Positions 1 to 12,992 are shown, numbered from the stretch's first letter. The stretch is DNA of 64,000 bases from Squalus acanthias (GCA_030390025.1 JASTWF010001160.1:1-64000), one strand, 5' to 3'. The notes: generated from the sequence alone by a model not told the origin. Program-made: numbers and translations.

Positions 1-54
1 GTGTGACTTCTCACTTTTGTCCACCCCAGTCCAACACCGGCATCTCCGCATCAT
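1..54 (+). mobile_element. Penelope-like element family A, 3' tail (truncated by window start)
   Basis: gacttctcacttttgtccaccccagtccaacaccggcatctccgcatca is the reverse complement of the arm at ~48811-48856 of the hammerhead-bearing element. Confidence 0.7.
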
Positions 55-520
55 GGAATATATTCAAGACAGAGGTCGATAGATTTTTGAATATTAAGGG
101 ATTCAAGGGATATGGGGATAGTGCGGGAAAGTGGAGATGAGGTAGAAGATCAGCCATGATCTTATTGAATGGCGGAGCAGGCTCGAGGGCCAAATGGCCG
201 ACTCCTGCTCCTATTTCTTATGTAACCAGAGGACACAGATTTAAGATAATTGGCAAAGGAATCAGAGGAGAGGTGAGGAGAAATTTTGTTACACAGTGAG
301 TTGTTGTGATCTGGAATGCACTGCCTGAAAGGGTGGGGGAAACCGATTTAATAGTAACTTTCAAAAGGGGATTGGATATATACTTGAAAAGGAAAATATT
401 GCAGGGCTATGGGGAAAGCATGAACGTGGAATTAATTAGATAGCTCTTTCAAAGAGCCGGCACAGGCATGATGGGCTGAATGGCCGCCTTCTGTGCTGTA
501 AAATTCTATGATTCTATAAT
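55..520 (+). mobile_element. Two tandem CR1 LINE 3'-end fragments
   Basis: ORF2 C-terminal remnants (IFKTEVDRFL..KGI.GYG), 3' UTR stem-loop (ggagcaggctcg...actcctgctcc) and attctatg tail. Confidence 0.8.
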
Positions 521-1412
521 GTTTTTAGTTTGTGAAAATTTAATCAGAGAAGGAAACTGAGCAGTAAAGAAGCCGAGTGTGCTATGAATAAAAGATATCA
601 TCACAGTTACTGAAAGATTGAAGGGTGTTGTCACTGCTTCACAGAGAGAAGGTGAACAGACAGCTAAAACAAATATGATGGATGATGATGGAAGCTAAAG
701 TGGTTCAATGCTGTTTTTGCTCACAACAATATTTGTTGACACAAAAAATGCATCACAAAAAAGTATGATCAGCAAACTGAACTTTAAGGGTGATGATGCT
801 CCTTTAATACATATTATATCAAATGGACTATCATTTGCACAGGTTTGGAAAGCAATTTGGAAAGGTGAAGAGGAGCATTGCCTCCACCGATTACAAGGCG
901 TTCTCTTTGTAAACTGTAGGAGCTTCTGCAATAATATGAAAATAACAAAACCTTCCCACCGCACACAATACCACGTGTCATTTAAAATGAATCCAACTGT
1001 ACTTTAAAAAAAAAAAATTCATAGACTTTAAGTCTCAGCACGCTACCACTCAAGTGCACTGTGTGAAAACTATAGGCCTCAAAGACCCCCAATGATTCAT
1101 ATTAAATATATAACTTTAATAGAAGCCAGAAGCAGTCTTTGTGAGACTGTCTTGCACGCGATTCACTTTCAATAGCATAGAAACAACTGTTGTCGATGTT
1201 AGCAGATGAATGTTTAATGTGTTCATACGACATTCCTTTGTCTGTTATTTTAATGCAGGCATTAACCAATTTATTAACAGAGAGGAGACAGCAGCAGCCA
1301 AAGGAATGGCCTTGATTTTGGAGACAAAAAAGGCGCAATCTCCGAGTATTTAACGTCAGAAAAGAAGATGCAGAGGAGGGAGCTCAGAGCAGCTGGCTGG
1401 TGGTGGAGATAA

Positions 1413-1776
1413 GGGGGGGAAAACTGGCTTGCGCCACCTTTGTGGCGCTAACTTCACCAGGGCGCTACTTTTAGCGCCCCAAAAAAGTTAGTGCCCCCGC
1501 ACCCAAAATTGAATGGTAGCGCCCCAAGCAGGAGGCGGGGCGCTACTGGAAGCGCTCCCCCTCCTTCTTGGGGCGCTCCCTTTGAATATTCCAGCGCTAC
1601 GTGCAGCAGCGCCACGCACGCCACGGTACTGCAGGCCTCCCTCCCCTGATTAAAGGGGAGGGGCCTAGCGTAGCGTGCACCGGGGCCCTGCTGGACCACT
1701 GGGGAGTGAGGTGCCGGCAAAAGAGTCCGGCACTCGGGGTGCTAACGGGAGGCGCAAAGCTACCGAATTTTTCCCC
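1413..1776. mobile_element. Harbinger/PIF-type MITE
   Basis: TIR GGGG..AAAA / AATTTTTCCCC, TAA on both flanks, many GGCGCTA motifs; similar to 3180-3843 and 20120-20728. Confidence 0.8.
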
Positions 1777-2270
1777 TAAGAAGTTTGGGGTCATTCTTGC
1801 CTACTAGAGTACTCCTGGAGCAGCAGGAGGATTTGGCCGTACAGTCAGAGTGTTACTATTGTTTGTGGTGATTGAGTCGATCTAGAAGTGGATAGCCAGA
1901 ACTACCGAGCTCCATGTGTGCTCTAGTCTGCACCTGACAGAATTGAGTTCTCAGAGGTGACTAGTGTATGGGGAATGGTGAGGTGAGAGACATCCTTGAT
2001 CGGGTAGGGCCAAGGATGTTGAAGGTATGGGCAAGGCTATTGTGGACAGCACAATATTATGGCAAATGGCAGTCCAGAGGAGTAGAAGTCAAGAACTGGA
2101 GGTCGCATTTATGAGGGAATTAGTGGATTGGTTTTTCCAAGGGTAGACAGAGAAGATGGAGGAGGGCAGGAGGCGTAAATGAGGAAGCAGATAAGGAAAT
2201 GTTTGGATAGCCTTGTCAGTGATTGAGATCTCAAATCTCATTCTATGTCTGTATCCCTCTCTCTTTCTTA

Positions 2271-2885
2271 TAAGAACATAAGAACATAAGAAATAGGAGC
2301 AGGAGTAGGCCATTCGGCCCTTCGAGCCTGCTACGCCATTCAATGAGATCATGGCTGATCTTCTGCCTCAACTCCATTCACCGGCCCGATCACCATATCC
2401 CTTGATGCCCTTACTAGTCAGAAATCTATCGACTTCTGTTTTGAATATACCCAATGAATGAGCCTCCACAGCCCTCTGGGGTAGAGAATTCCAAAGATTC
2501 ACCACCCTCTGTGTGAAGAAATTTCTTCTCATCTCAGTCCTGAATGGCCTACCCTTTATCCTGAGGCTGTGGCCCCTGGTTCTAGACTCTCCAGCCAAGG
2601 GAAACATTCTCCCAGCATCCACCCTATCAAACCCTGTAATAATTTTGTATGCTTCAATGAGATCCCCTCTCATTCTTCTGAATTCAAGAGAATACAGGCC
2701 TAGTTTACTCAATCTCTTCTCATACGACAGTCCCGCCATCCCAGGAATCAATCTCGTGAACCTTCGTTGCACTCCCTCTATGGCAAGTATATCCTTCCTT
2801 AGGTAAGGAGACCAAAATTGTACACAGTACTCCAGGTGTGGTCTCACCAAGGCCCTATATAATTGGAGTAAGACTCCTTTACTCC
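2271..2885 (-). mobile_element. CR1 LINE, 5'-truncated (ORF2 C-terminus + 3' UTR)
   Basis: ORF 2368-2850 LVRPHLEYCVQFWSPYLRKD...; (taagaaca)n tail. Confidence 0.92.
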
Positions 2886-3179
2886 TTCTCTTCCTTCTCT
2901 CATTTCTTCATTTGCCTCTTTCTGTTTCACGCTCTGTCTTGTTGGTCCTCTAAAGCTGGAGTCTTATGGTTTCAGACAACAAATAGTCAAGCTCACAATA
3001 ACAATTTAGTTTAATAACTTCATTGCTCATCACTCATCATTTCATCTATTATATTCTATTCTAAACAGTTAACGACTCTGCTCCCTATATTTGTACCTAA
3101 TTAGCCTAAATTTAACCAAAACCACAGAGACATCTGGTTATCAACAGTAGTACTCTCTCACTCGGCATACAAAGATTAT

Positions 3180-3843
3180 GGCCGAAAAATTCGGTTGCTT
3201 TGCACCTCCCGTTAGCGCCGCCAACGCCTCCCACGAAATTCAGCGGGAGGTTAGCGACGGCAGTAACCATTAGCGCCCTGCGGCACTGCGCCGCCGGCGA
3301 TGACGTCATCGCCGTGCGCAACGCACTGCTCGCGCCCTGGCTGTGATCTTCGGTAGCGCCCCTGACTTACCGCCGGACGCTATGTCCGACGGGGTCAGGG
3401 GGGCCTACCTGCGGCAGGGGTGGCACTAATTAAAGGGAAGGTGCCGGGCAGCCATTTTTGTTGCTGGCCGCCTGCCAGCACCTGCCCCCGTTGCTGTCTG
3501 AAGCCGCCCCGCAGAGTGCTGGCTGCGCTCCGTGAGCCCGGCACTTCTCTTGAGTGCCAGGCTCTTTTACCGGCACGCCAATCCCTGGTGGCCCAGCTGG
3601 GCCCTGGGTTGCGCTGCGCAAAGCCCCTCCCCTTTAAGAAGGGGAGGAAGGCCTGCAGTACCGCGGCACGTAGCGCCGAAATATTCACTCGCAGCGCCCA
3701 AGAGGGAGGCGGGCGTTTCCAGTAGCACCCCGCTTCCCTCAGGGGGCGCTACCGATGAATTTCGGCCACAGGGGCGCTAATTTTTTTGGGGCGCTAAAGG
3801 CGAAGTTAGCGCCCCAAAGGGGGCGCGATTCAATTTTTCCCCC
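3180..3843. mobile_element. Harbinger/PIF-type MITE
   Basis: TIRs ggccgaaaaatt / aatttttccccc, flanks tat/tac, CpG-rich. Confidence 0.8.
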
Positions 3844-4084
3844 TACCTGTTTATCCATCCTGTTTCTACGCAACTGAAACAGAGAATTGTAGGCATATTA
3901 GAAGCGGAACATTGAACTTCGATGGGAGTGTAAAACAGGAGGTCGTGAATCGGCCACCCGCTATACACCCCGCCCAATTTTTATTTTTCCGTTGACATTA
4001 CCCTGATAACAGTCATGGTTTTACTAGTACAAGCATCCCAGTAATGTTTTCCATTCCAGGAAAAGTGCACAGCAAAAAAGAAAA

Positions 4085-4496
4085 GAAAATCTTGCATTTC
4101 ATGACTGCAGGACGCCTCAAAGCACTTTACAGCCAATGAAGTAATTATTGAAGTGTAGTCACTGTTGTAATGCAGGAAATGCCGCAGCCAATTTGCACAG
4201 AGGAAGATCCCACCAACAGCAATGTGATAATGATCACATAATCTGTTTTTAGGTGTTGGTAGAGGGTTAATATTGGCCACGACACCGGGGATAACTCCCC
4301 TGTTCTTCAAAATAGTGCCATGGGATCTCTTACGTCCACCTGAGAGAGCAGACGGGTCCTCGGTTTAACATCTCACCTGAAAGACAGTACCTGCACTGGA
4401 GTGTCAGCCTAGATTTTGTGCGCAAGTCCCTGGAGTGGGACTATGAACCCACAACCTTCTGACTCAGAGGCGAGAGTGCTACCACGGAGCCATGGC
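4085..4496 (-). mobile_element. SacSINE1-like (Deu-domain) tRNA-derived SINE
   Basis: Reverse complement of the full copy at 62742-63193. Confidence 0.85.
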
Positions 4497-5067
4497 AGGA
4501 CAACATATTCCCAAGTAAAAACAGAAAATGCTGGAAATACTCAGCAGGTCAGGCAGAATCTGTGAAGAGAGAAACAGAGTTAACGTATCAAGTCGATGAC
4601 CTTTCCTCAGAACTTATGAAAGTTCTGATGAAAGGTCATCGACCAGAAATTTTGTCCGGAATTTTCTTTACCTTGGTGGGTCCGGTGCGGCTGGTGTCCG
4701 TGGCGGGCCCCGACCCCGCTGCTGGCTCCATCCCGCTGTACAAAATGAACTTACTTTAATGGGGCCTATTATCCCGCCCAGCGCGTTACCCGGCCCAATG
4801 AGATGGAGCGGGTCTGGTGACGTCATTCATGATGCATTTTAAGCCGGGATCCTCAAAGGGACCCTGGCCACATTAAATTTTAAGTTTAATCTTACATACT
4901 GGGTGCTGAATCTTTACTGTACAATAATATAATAAAAGTTATATATGAGTGACAAAGAAATATTTAAATAAAATGATCATTAAGTAATGTGACTCCATCT
5001 GCAAACACAATCAAGAACATAATTACATTAGTTGTGAAGTTATTGGTGCTTTAGTCACAAATCTATA

Positions 5068-7242
5068 GGGGGAAAAATTCGGTTGGTTTGCACCTCCCGT
5101 TAGCGCCTTAAGAGGGCGCTAATGGGGTGCAAAGCAACTAGCGCCTGGGCGCTGCGATGTTTGCGCCGCTCGCGAAATTGACCAGGCATTTTGCGGCGGC
5201 GCTAAACACTACCGCCACGATCTCCTGCGCCCGCAGATCATGACGTCAGTCGAGTGTGCACCTCCCCGGTAGTGCCCCGGACCGGATATTGAGTGGCGCC
5301 CCCTGCCTTACCACCTGCCGCTAGCAACGACAGGTTGAGGGGAGCGTTTTGTAGTCGGGAAGGGACTGGGGGAGCGCTATTTAAAGGCGACCGCTTCCTG
5401 CCTTTTTTTGTCTGCGATATTTTTGCACCACGCATTCTGAGTGAGAGAGAGAGAGAGACTTCTGGAGATATTCAATGCTGTGTTGAGGAGTTTTGGGTAC
5501 TGAGCAGCACTTTGCAGGTTCATTTTGATTTCATCTTCCTTGCATCGATTTAGAAAGACTGTGGGGGCTGCACTCTGAGTTCTTTCCCTGGGGCTCTCCA
5601 TTGTTCTTTCCAGCAGATTTGATGTACAGGTCTCTCCAGGCCAAGATTCAAGGCTGCAATGAGCAGGGTGTGGATGGAGAGCAAGATCAACCATCCCCTT
5701 TAAGAACTGGCCGACGCCAGTGTGTCTGTGTTCCATTGCTGACTGACATCACATGAGCTTCGCCAGCGCTCTGAGGTAGAAACATAGAAACATAGAAGAT
5801 AGGAGCAGGAGTAGGCCATTTGGCCCCTCGAGCCTATTCCGCCATTTAATGAGATCAGTACCCTGTCCCTGCTTTCTCCCCATATCCCTTGATCCCTTTA
5901 GCCTTAAGAAATATATCTATCTCCTTCTTGAATATATTTAATGAATTGGCCTCAACTGCCTTGTGTGGTAGAGAATTCCACAGGTTCACCACTCTCTGGG
6001 TGAAGAAATTCCTCCTCATCTCAGTCCTAAATGGCTTACCCCTTATCCTTAGACTGTGACCCCTGGTTCTGGAATCCCCCGCCATCGGGAACATCCTTCC
6101 TGCATCTAATCTGTCTAGTCCTGTTAGAATTTTATAAGTTTCAATGAGATCCCCTCTCATTCTTCTAAACTCTAGCGAATATAAGCCTAATCGACCCAAT
6201 CTCTCCTCATACGTCATTCCTGCCATCTCAGGTATCAGTCTGGTGAATCTTCACTGCACTCTCTCCATGGCAAGAACATCCTTCCTCAGATAAGGTGACC
6301 AAAGCTGCACACAATACTCAAGGTGTGGTCTCACCAAGGCCATGTACAACTGCAACAAGACATCCTTGCTCCTGTACTCGAATCCTCTCGCTATGAAGGC
6401 CAACATAACATTTGCCTTCTTAACCGTCTGCTGCACCTGCATGCTTACCTTCAGCGACTGGTGCACAAGGACACCCAGGTCTCGTTGCACTTCCCCTTTT
6501 CCCAATCTATTGCCGTTCAGATAATAATCTGTCTTCCTGTTTTTGCCACCGAAGTGGATAACCTCGCATTTATCCACATTATACTGCATTTGCCATGCAT
6601 CAGCCCAATCACCCAACCTATCCAAATCATACTGGAGTTTCTCTGCATCCTCCTCACAGCACACACGCACACCCAGCTTTGTGTCATCTGCAAACTTGGA
6701 GATATTACATCTAGTTCCCACGTCTAGATCATTTATATATATTGTGAATAGCTGGGGTCCTAGCACCGATCCCTGTGGTACCCCACTAGTCACTGCCTGC
6801 CACTTGGAAAAAGACCTGTTTATTCCAACTCTTTGCTTCCTGTCTGCCAACCAGTTCTCTATCCAAGACAGTACCTTACCCCCAATCCCGTGTGCTTTAA
6901 CTTTGCATGCTAATCTCTTATGCGGGACCTAATCGAAAGCCTTCTGAAAGTCCAAATACACTACATCCACTAGTTCTCCCTTATCTATTCTACCAGTTAC
7001 ATCCTCAAAAAATTCCAGTAGATTAGTCAAGCATGATTTACCTTTTGTAAATCCATGTTGACCTCGCTCCTCGGCGTTAGTGCCTTAAGAGAGGTGTGTC
7101 GCACCTGATTTAGCGCTCCAATCACCTCCAGAGGCGATAGAAGCCAAGTTTGCAGTCAGAGGCGATAATTAGTGTTAGGCGCTAAACTTTGCGCCCGGCC
7201 GTTAATTGCGCCCCAAACGGGGCGATATCGAATTTCTCCCAA
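5068..7242. mobile_element. Harbinger-derived MITE (~0.9 kb) interrupted by CR1
   Basis: TIR gggggaaaaatt / aatttctcccaa, TSD ATA; colinear with the uninterrupted copy at 38795-39688. Confidence 0.85.
5777..7061 (-). mobile_element. CR1 LINE, 5'-truncated, disrupted reverse transcriptase
   Basis: ORFs 6251-6850 (GVPQGSVLGP, FADDTK) and 5855-6226; (tagaaaca)n tail. Confidence 0.95.
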
Positions 7243-7321
7243 ATAGACTTTTGTACCAGTAACTGGTACAAATAAAAGATGTGTGTGTATAGGTAATACA
7301 TAAAATTAAGCAGATTTTAAA

Positions 7322-7478
7322 GGGGTGGGTTTACAATCTTATGCAAGTTCAGCGGAAGAACTGTGGAATCCCTGACAAACAGTGTAAGTGGTGCCTACAA
7401 TGTGTTTCTGGGATTTCTGCAGCTCTTCCATTGAAGTTAACAATGGACAAGTGAGAGAATCTCCGCAGAAATTCACCC
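7322..7478. mobile_element. Small degraded Harbinger-type MITE
   Basis: ggggtgggttt ... aaattcaccc ends flanked by taa. Confidence 0.4.
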
Positions 7479-8639
7479 TAAAGTCTCGGACTGAAAAATT
7501 AAATTAGTCATATTCAGGGACTGAAAGCAAATTGAACCAGTGGAATGAGTGATGTGAATGAACTTGTTATGGTTGATGACTTGATTTAATGTGTAACTGG
7601 ACAATCAGAGTTTACTGTGAGAAAAACCTGACCAGAAACAACACAAACATTTATTTAAATGGTATATGTAATTTTTTATAGTGCAGATCAATTCACTGTT
7701 GGAAGGCAACAGCCGAAAATGGTCAGTGAAAAATTAACATTTACCAGTAGCTTTTTAAGTAGAACAGAATCTCCATCAATCTGTTAGCTGATGTAATCAA
7801 CATGTTTTTATTTTGGTTTGTTTTCCATGCTGTCAAGTAATCAGCTGGAGCAATGGCCACAGAACTCACGCCTCAGGTTGACAGACGTGGTTCCCGAGCT
7901 GCGTGAATCCCGTGGCCATGCAGGGAAATTTAAAAAGTAGGAGGAAAAAGGCTCTTAGTGCCTGTAAAGTACCTCATAATGATTTCAATTGGGTCCCCTG
8001 CCGCTGCAGGTTGGGTCAGCTCCACGCTGACAGATGTGCCTGTGGGAAAGATGCATGGGGGCAAATTGACAGTGGGTTCCCGACCCGCTGTCAAAAAAAA
8101 CCAACTTTCCCACCTGACCTGCCACCGATCGCGCCTGCTACCACCACGGAAAATTCAGCCCCTTAACTCTGTTTCTCTCTCTCCACAAATGCTGCCTGAC
8201 CTGCTGAGTATTGCCAGCATTTTCTGTTTTTATTTCAGAGTTCCAGATTCCGCAGTATTTTGCTTTGGTGCTAACATATCCCCAAGACCAATTTCACCCC
8301 CCATTACTTCTTGTAAGGGAAAATTGGATAAATGTTTGAAGCAGAGAAATATACAAGGCTGTGGGGAGAGGGCCTGGAGTTAGGATTAATTTTGTATTGC
8401 TCCATCAAAGAGCAGGCACAGACATGATGAGCCAAATGTCCTTCATCTGTACTGTACTAAGGTTCTATGGGTGGGCTTTGTGGGTTGAATGGACTTTTCT
8501 TATTCTGCACTTTTGTATGTTAGGTATGATGCACTAATAACAAGCTCTGCCTGGAAAAAAAATAGCCAATAATCTGCACTGGGACCTTGCTGGTTACAGG
8601 ATATCTGTAGCAATATTATTAAATTTAACGATGACACTG

Positions 8640-9842
8640 AGCTATGTTGCATTACCTCCCAAGGAGCATAATCAGACAAAAATTGACACTGAGCCAAAGA
8701 AGGAGACATTAATGGGGCAGAAATTCCGATCCCTACGGGTGTGTACGCGCTGTGTACTCACCCGTAGGGCCAACGGAAATGCCGGTTTTAGGCATGCACA
8801 GCGCATGCGCTGGAAACCGGCATTCCGATCTGTCAAGAAAGCTCTTGACAGATCCTCCGCCTGCCCGGGAGAAGGGCCTCTGCGGGTGGAGAGTTCCGTT
8901 TTTTGGAGACCCTCTGCCCGCAGAAAACACTTACAATTCTTGCGCCTGCTTTTACCAGGATAAGAGTTGAAAAAAGTAAAAAAAAATGTTTCCACTGATT
9001 TATCATTTAAAAATACTTTAAAGAAAGGTAAGTTTATTTTTAGCCCCGTTAAAAACTTTAATTATTTTTTTCAAAAAATAAAATTTTTGTTTAAAATACT
9101 TATTGTAATTTAAAGTCATTTTAAAAATGTGATTTAAAAAAAAAATTTATTTAAGTTTTACTATGTTTTGGGGGTGATCTCTATTCATATATTTGACAGG
9201 TCTTCCTGTCAAATGTATGAAGGGAGATTCCCTTCTGTGATTGGCTCCCCATGGCTCACGTGATCCCAGGGACGCTGCGAACCGCCTGCGCCTCTGGGAT
9301 ACGTGGGCCCTGCGCACCGGCAGTTTGGAGAGGCCCAGCAATGGAACTCTGCACCTCCCGGGAGCCCTCCGGTCCAGGCGCAGATTTTCCAGATCGCAGC
9401 CCTCTGCCCGCGGGAGGCCTGCAAACGGAATTTCTGGGCCAAAAGGACAGGTGACGAATTGCTTGGTCAAAGAGGGAGTTTTAAGCAGCGTCTTAAAGAA
9501 GGAGAGAGAGGTGGAGAGGCGAAGAGATTTGGGGAGGAAATTCCAGAGCCTCGGGCCTCGACGGCTGACGGCACGACCACCAATGGTGGAGGGAAGAAAG
9601 TTGGGGATGTACAGAGTTTGAGCGATGCAGAGTTCTCGCAGGGCTGTAAGGCTGGAGGAGGTTACAGAGATAGGGAGGGGTGAGGTCATGCAGGGATTTG
9701 AACATGAGGATGAGAATTTTAAAATTGAGGCATAGGTGGACCTGATGCCAATGTAGGTCAGCAAGCACAGGGGTGATGGGTGAATGGGACTTGATGCGAG
9801 TTAGGATACGGCCAGCAGAGTTTTGAACGAGCTCAAGTTTTT
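8640..9842 (-). mobile_element. L2 LINE 3' region (split by MITE)
   Basis: Minus-strand FKILILMFKSLHDLTPPYL and GPRLWNFLPKSLRLSTSLSFFKTLLKT L2 C-terminal motifs. Confidence 0.8.
8714..9440. mobile_element. Harbinger-type MITE inserted in L2
   Basis: TIR ggggcagaaatt / aatttctgggcc; L2 sequence resumes on both sides; internal hairpins at ~8827-8854 and ~9184-9221. Confidence 0.75.
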
Positions 9843-11014
9843 GTCAGTGTGATGCAGTTACTACTACGGTAAATTAGGTACTGGGGTGCACCTCAAGGGT
9901 TTGGATTAAAGTCAGAACAAGTTATACTGACATTTATGGATCAGTGGTGAGGCTAACTCTGGGCTCTGGCATGCAATTCTGATCACGCTACCTCATAAAG
10001 GATATAGATGTATTGGGAAGGGTTTAGAGAAGAGTGACCAGGATGATTCAAGCTTTAGGGGTCTAAGTTTTGAAGAAAGCCTCAAGTTTTTCTTGGTGCG
10101 GTATACAGAATAAAGCAACGCAGTCAGCCTATCAGGTATACCATATTTGGCAGGTAGAAGCCAAAGGAAGACTCTGGTATTTAGTGCCAGTATTTGATGT
10201 GGGGGAAAACTGCTTTCTAATAACCTATTTGATGAAATTTATTGCACAACTCAACTAAGTCCATTTTGTATATAAATATTCTTAAAAAATGACAATGCTA
10301 TAAAGATACTTCTTTTCAAGATGGCACGGGATTATTGATAGGGCTGTATGTTTGTCATGAATCAAACCACTCACAGTGTCTGAGAAGATAGGGTAACCCT
10401 GCAAAACCTATCATTGGATTTTAGGTTGATTTAAAGAGGCACTGATACTTTAATGGGGTCCCCTGATCCTGCAGAACCCCATAGATTCTGCACAACCCAT
10501 AAAAACTGTCCAGCCACAATTTTTTATTCTTGCAGGATGTACTTACTTATTTAAAGTTTTGGTAGAAACAGAACTCAAAAACCGTACAAATATCAAGTTG
10601 GTCTTAAAACTATCAGACCATCAGGTGGATTACATAACAATATCAACCAGCATAGTTAAACAGGATTACAGAACAAACATTTTTAATGACTTGGCTACCA
10701 ACCCATCCATCCACTGTCAAAGTGCAGCCATGTAGAGGACTAATACAAACAAAAAGAGGTGAAGTAAAAGGAATTTTTTTTGTTCCTCTACCTTAGACTC
10801 TGAGAGACCATTGCAACTTTGTGTTAGGATTTCCTAGCTGGAGTGAATGGCACTGAATGGAATTGTGTGACAAAATTGCTTCAATTGGCTCACCCCCATA
10901 AAGTTAACAAATTGAGTATAAATCTAATATTACATTGTAAAGTGTCGTAAAAATGGACTTTTTAAGACAATTTTCTCTTTTGTGTTTTTAAAGGGAGCCA
11001 GGTTTGGACACTGA

Positions 11015-12528
11015 GGGGGAAAAATTCGATACCTTAGCGCCTCCCGTTAGCGCCAGCAGAAGGTGGTAACGGGGCATTGATGCAGTAACACTGAGGCGAG
11101 CACCCCCACCCCCCCCACCCCTGTTGCGCCACTGGTATAAGGTACCGCTGGGGACTTCAACACCAGGCAGATCATGGCGCCAGTGAGCATGCAACGCTCA
11201 CTGGCCACCTGATCTGGAAAATTGATTGTCGCCACTTACCTTAGGGCCTCGACCAGACAGCGACAGGGAGAGCTGGCGTGCAACTCCAGGAAGCTGACTC
11301 CAGCGATGTTATTTAAAGGCATCAGCATTAATCACTCCCAGCTGTTAGGGCAGGTTAGTTTCAGTGGTTTATTGTCTGTTTCACCCACTCCAACAGTTTC
11401 TATAAGTAGTTTCAAGCTTCTTATGTATCAGCAGTCTTCTGGAAACTACAAAGTAGCTACATTTATTGTTCAAAGATTCAAACTGCTACACTTGGCAACA
11501 TTAATGAGGACTGTACTAGCATGTCACCTCGCCCTCCAGGATCTACGGCGGAGGGAGTGTAGGCAGCGAGAAATATGGGAACATGTGCGCAGAGGGTTGA
11601 GGAGGGACATCAGGGCTCTCACCAGGAGCCCTTACCCTCCAAGGGTATTCTGACAGCCCCTCTCCTGCCTTCAATTAAGCGAGGAGCTGTGTATTAGATG
11701 GTTCCGCATCACCAAGGTGGTGGTCACAGAACTCTGCCACCTCCTCCAAACAGACCTCCAGCCTCACACCAGGATAACTTAAACCCCAGATCCTTTTTGC
11801 TCACCACATCCCCATCATACCATCCCTGTGTCATTCCATATCACAGTGTCCTCCTGGGTGCAAAGGTGAAATGAGAAAGACCACAAAATATTGCAAACTC
11901 CATTAATAAATTTATGCATAAACATATCACGCATATCACATTCATTCTAATAACTAATGACCCTTGTGCCTTCCATAGTTGAATAGCTGTCATTGTGTGC
12001 AAGGTGTGAGATGTGGGTGTGAGTGTTGGTAGGTAGAGATTGTTGGTGGGTGAGTGCTGGGGGTCTGGTGCTTTGGGCAGTGTGTGAAGCTTGTGGTACA
12101 GATGCTGGTATGTAGCATTTGTTGAAGCATTCAATCACCCTGACCACCCAACTGAGGTGGATCTGCCATGAGCACACCTGCTTCAGTCCTCCGGCTCCAT
12201 CTCCTTGTTGTGCTTCTCCTTGCTGAGGCAGTTGCACAACCAGCAATGCTGATAATGAGGCGCTGTAGTATCAATGAACCTCCCCTTTAAGTACTGGGAA
12301 AAGCCTGTGGCAATGATGAGTTGTGATTAGACTGTACCCGATATTGATTCACCCTTTAAGTGTAACGCCAATGAGCTAGGCCTTTAAGACTTGAATTAGC
12401 GCCCCAATCATTTCTTTGAGCAGTGAAAATGAATTTTGCGTGCAGTCTAAAGCATTAGTGCCTGGCGCTAATTCTCAAACTTTTGAAATGATATTGCCCA
12501 TTCCTGGGCTATAATGAATTTCTAGCCC
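11015..12528 (+). mobile_element. Internally deleted Harbinger transposon
   Basis: TIR gggggaaaaatt / aatttctagccc, TSD TGA; transposase N-terminal remnant (RSPYPPRVF..ELCHLLQ) ~11503-11775 and Myb-gene remnant on the minus strand ~11950-12250. Confidence 0.85.
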
Positions 12529-12699
12529 TGAGAGTTCCACATTGATGGAATTGGCACTAGACCTATCGCTTGAGATTCCATACAAGGATGGTCTTCTGAT
12601 TTAGCTGGCGTTGTCTGGAGTTCATGTAGCTCCCAAAATGGAGGGAGGGAAAACCAGGAGCACTCCAGCTTCTGAGTCCAAAAATTTAGATTCAAGCTC

Positions 12700-12992
12700 A
12701 CTCTAGGATTTGAGTGCATAATCTAGACAGTGGAGTACTAAAGTGCTGCACTGTTGGAGGTTCTGTCCTTTTGATAAGACATTAAACTGAGGCCTCTGTC
12801 CTGGTGGACATTGGATGATCTTATGAAGAGCAGGGAGTTCTCCTCGTGTCATCCTTCAACCAACACCACCAAAAACAGAGTAACTGGTCATTCATTTCTC
12901 AGCTATTTGTGGGATTTTGCTGTGTGTAAGATGCTGCATTTGGCTATAAGTTGTGTGTAATGCATTTTAAGATTTGATGAGATGCTATATAA
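12700..12992 (+). mobile_element. Degraded SacSINE1-like SINE
   Basis: gtgctgcactgttggagg...gagcagggagttctcc...gctatataaat. Confidence 0.65.

Larger units (their letters stand above)
4654..8161. mobile_element. Non-autonomous Harbinger-type element with AT-rich interior, hosting nested MITEs and a CR1
   Basis: Ends gtccggaattttc / gaaaattcagccc resemble the window's Harbinger TIRs; sits exactly in the break of the Penelope-like element. Confidence 0.55.
4516..8272. mobile_element. Penelope-like family B palindromic element (arms 4516-4650 and 8163-8272) interrupted by a nested insertion
   Basis: Inverted arms around apex 4615-4620; hammerhead core CTGATGA-AAGGTCATCGACC-AGAAA at 4625-4649 resumes as ttaactctg at 8163; flanking repeat aacatat(t/c)cccaag at 4502-4515 and 8273-8286. 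Confidence 0.7.

Noticed and set aside
4578-4614. Functional hammerhead on the minus arm
   Set aside because: Conserved GAAA is mutated to GATA, so probably inactive
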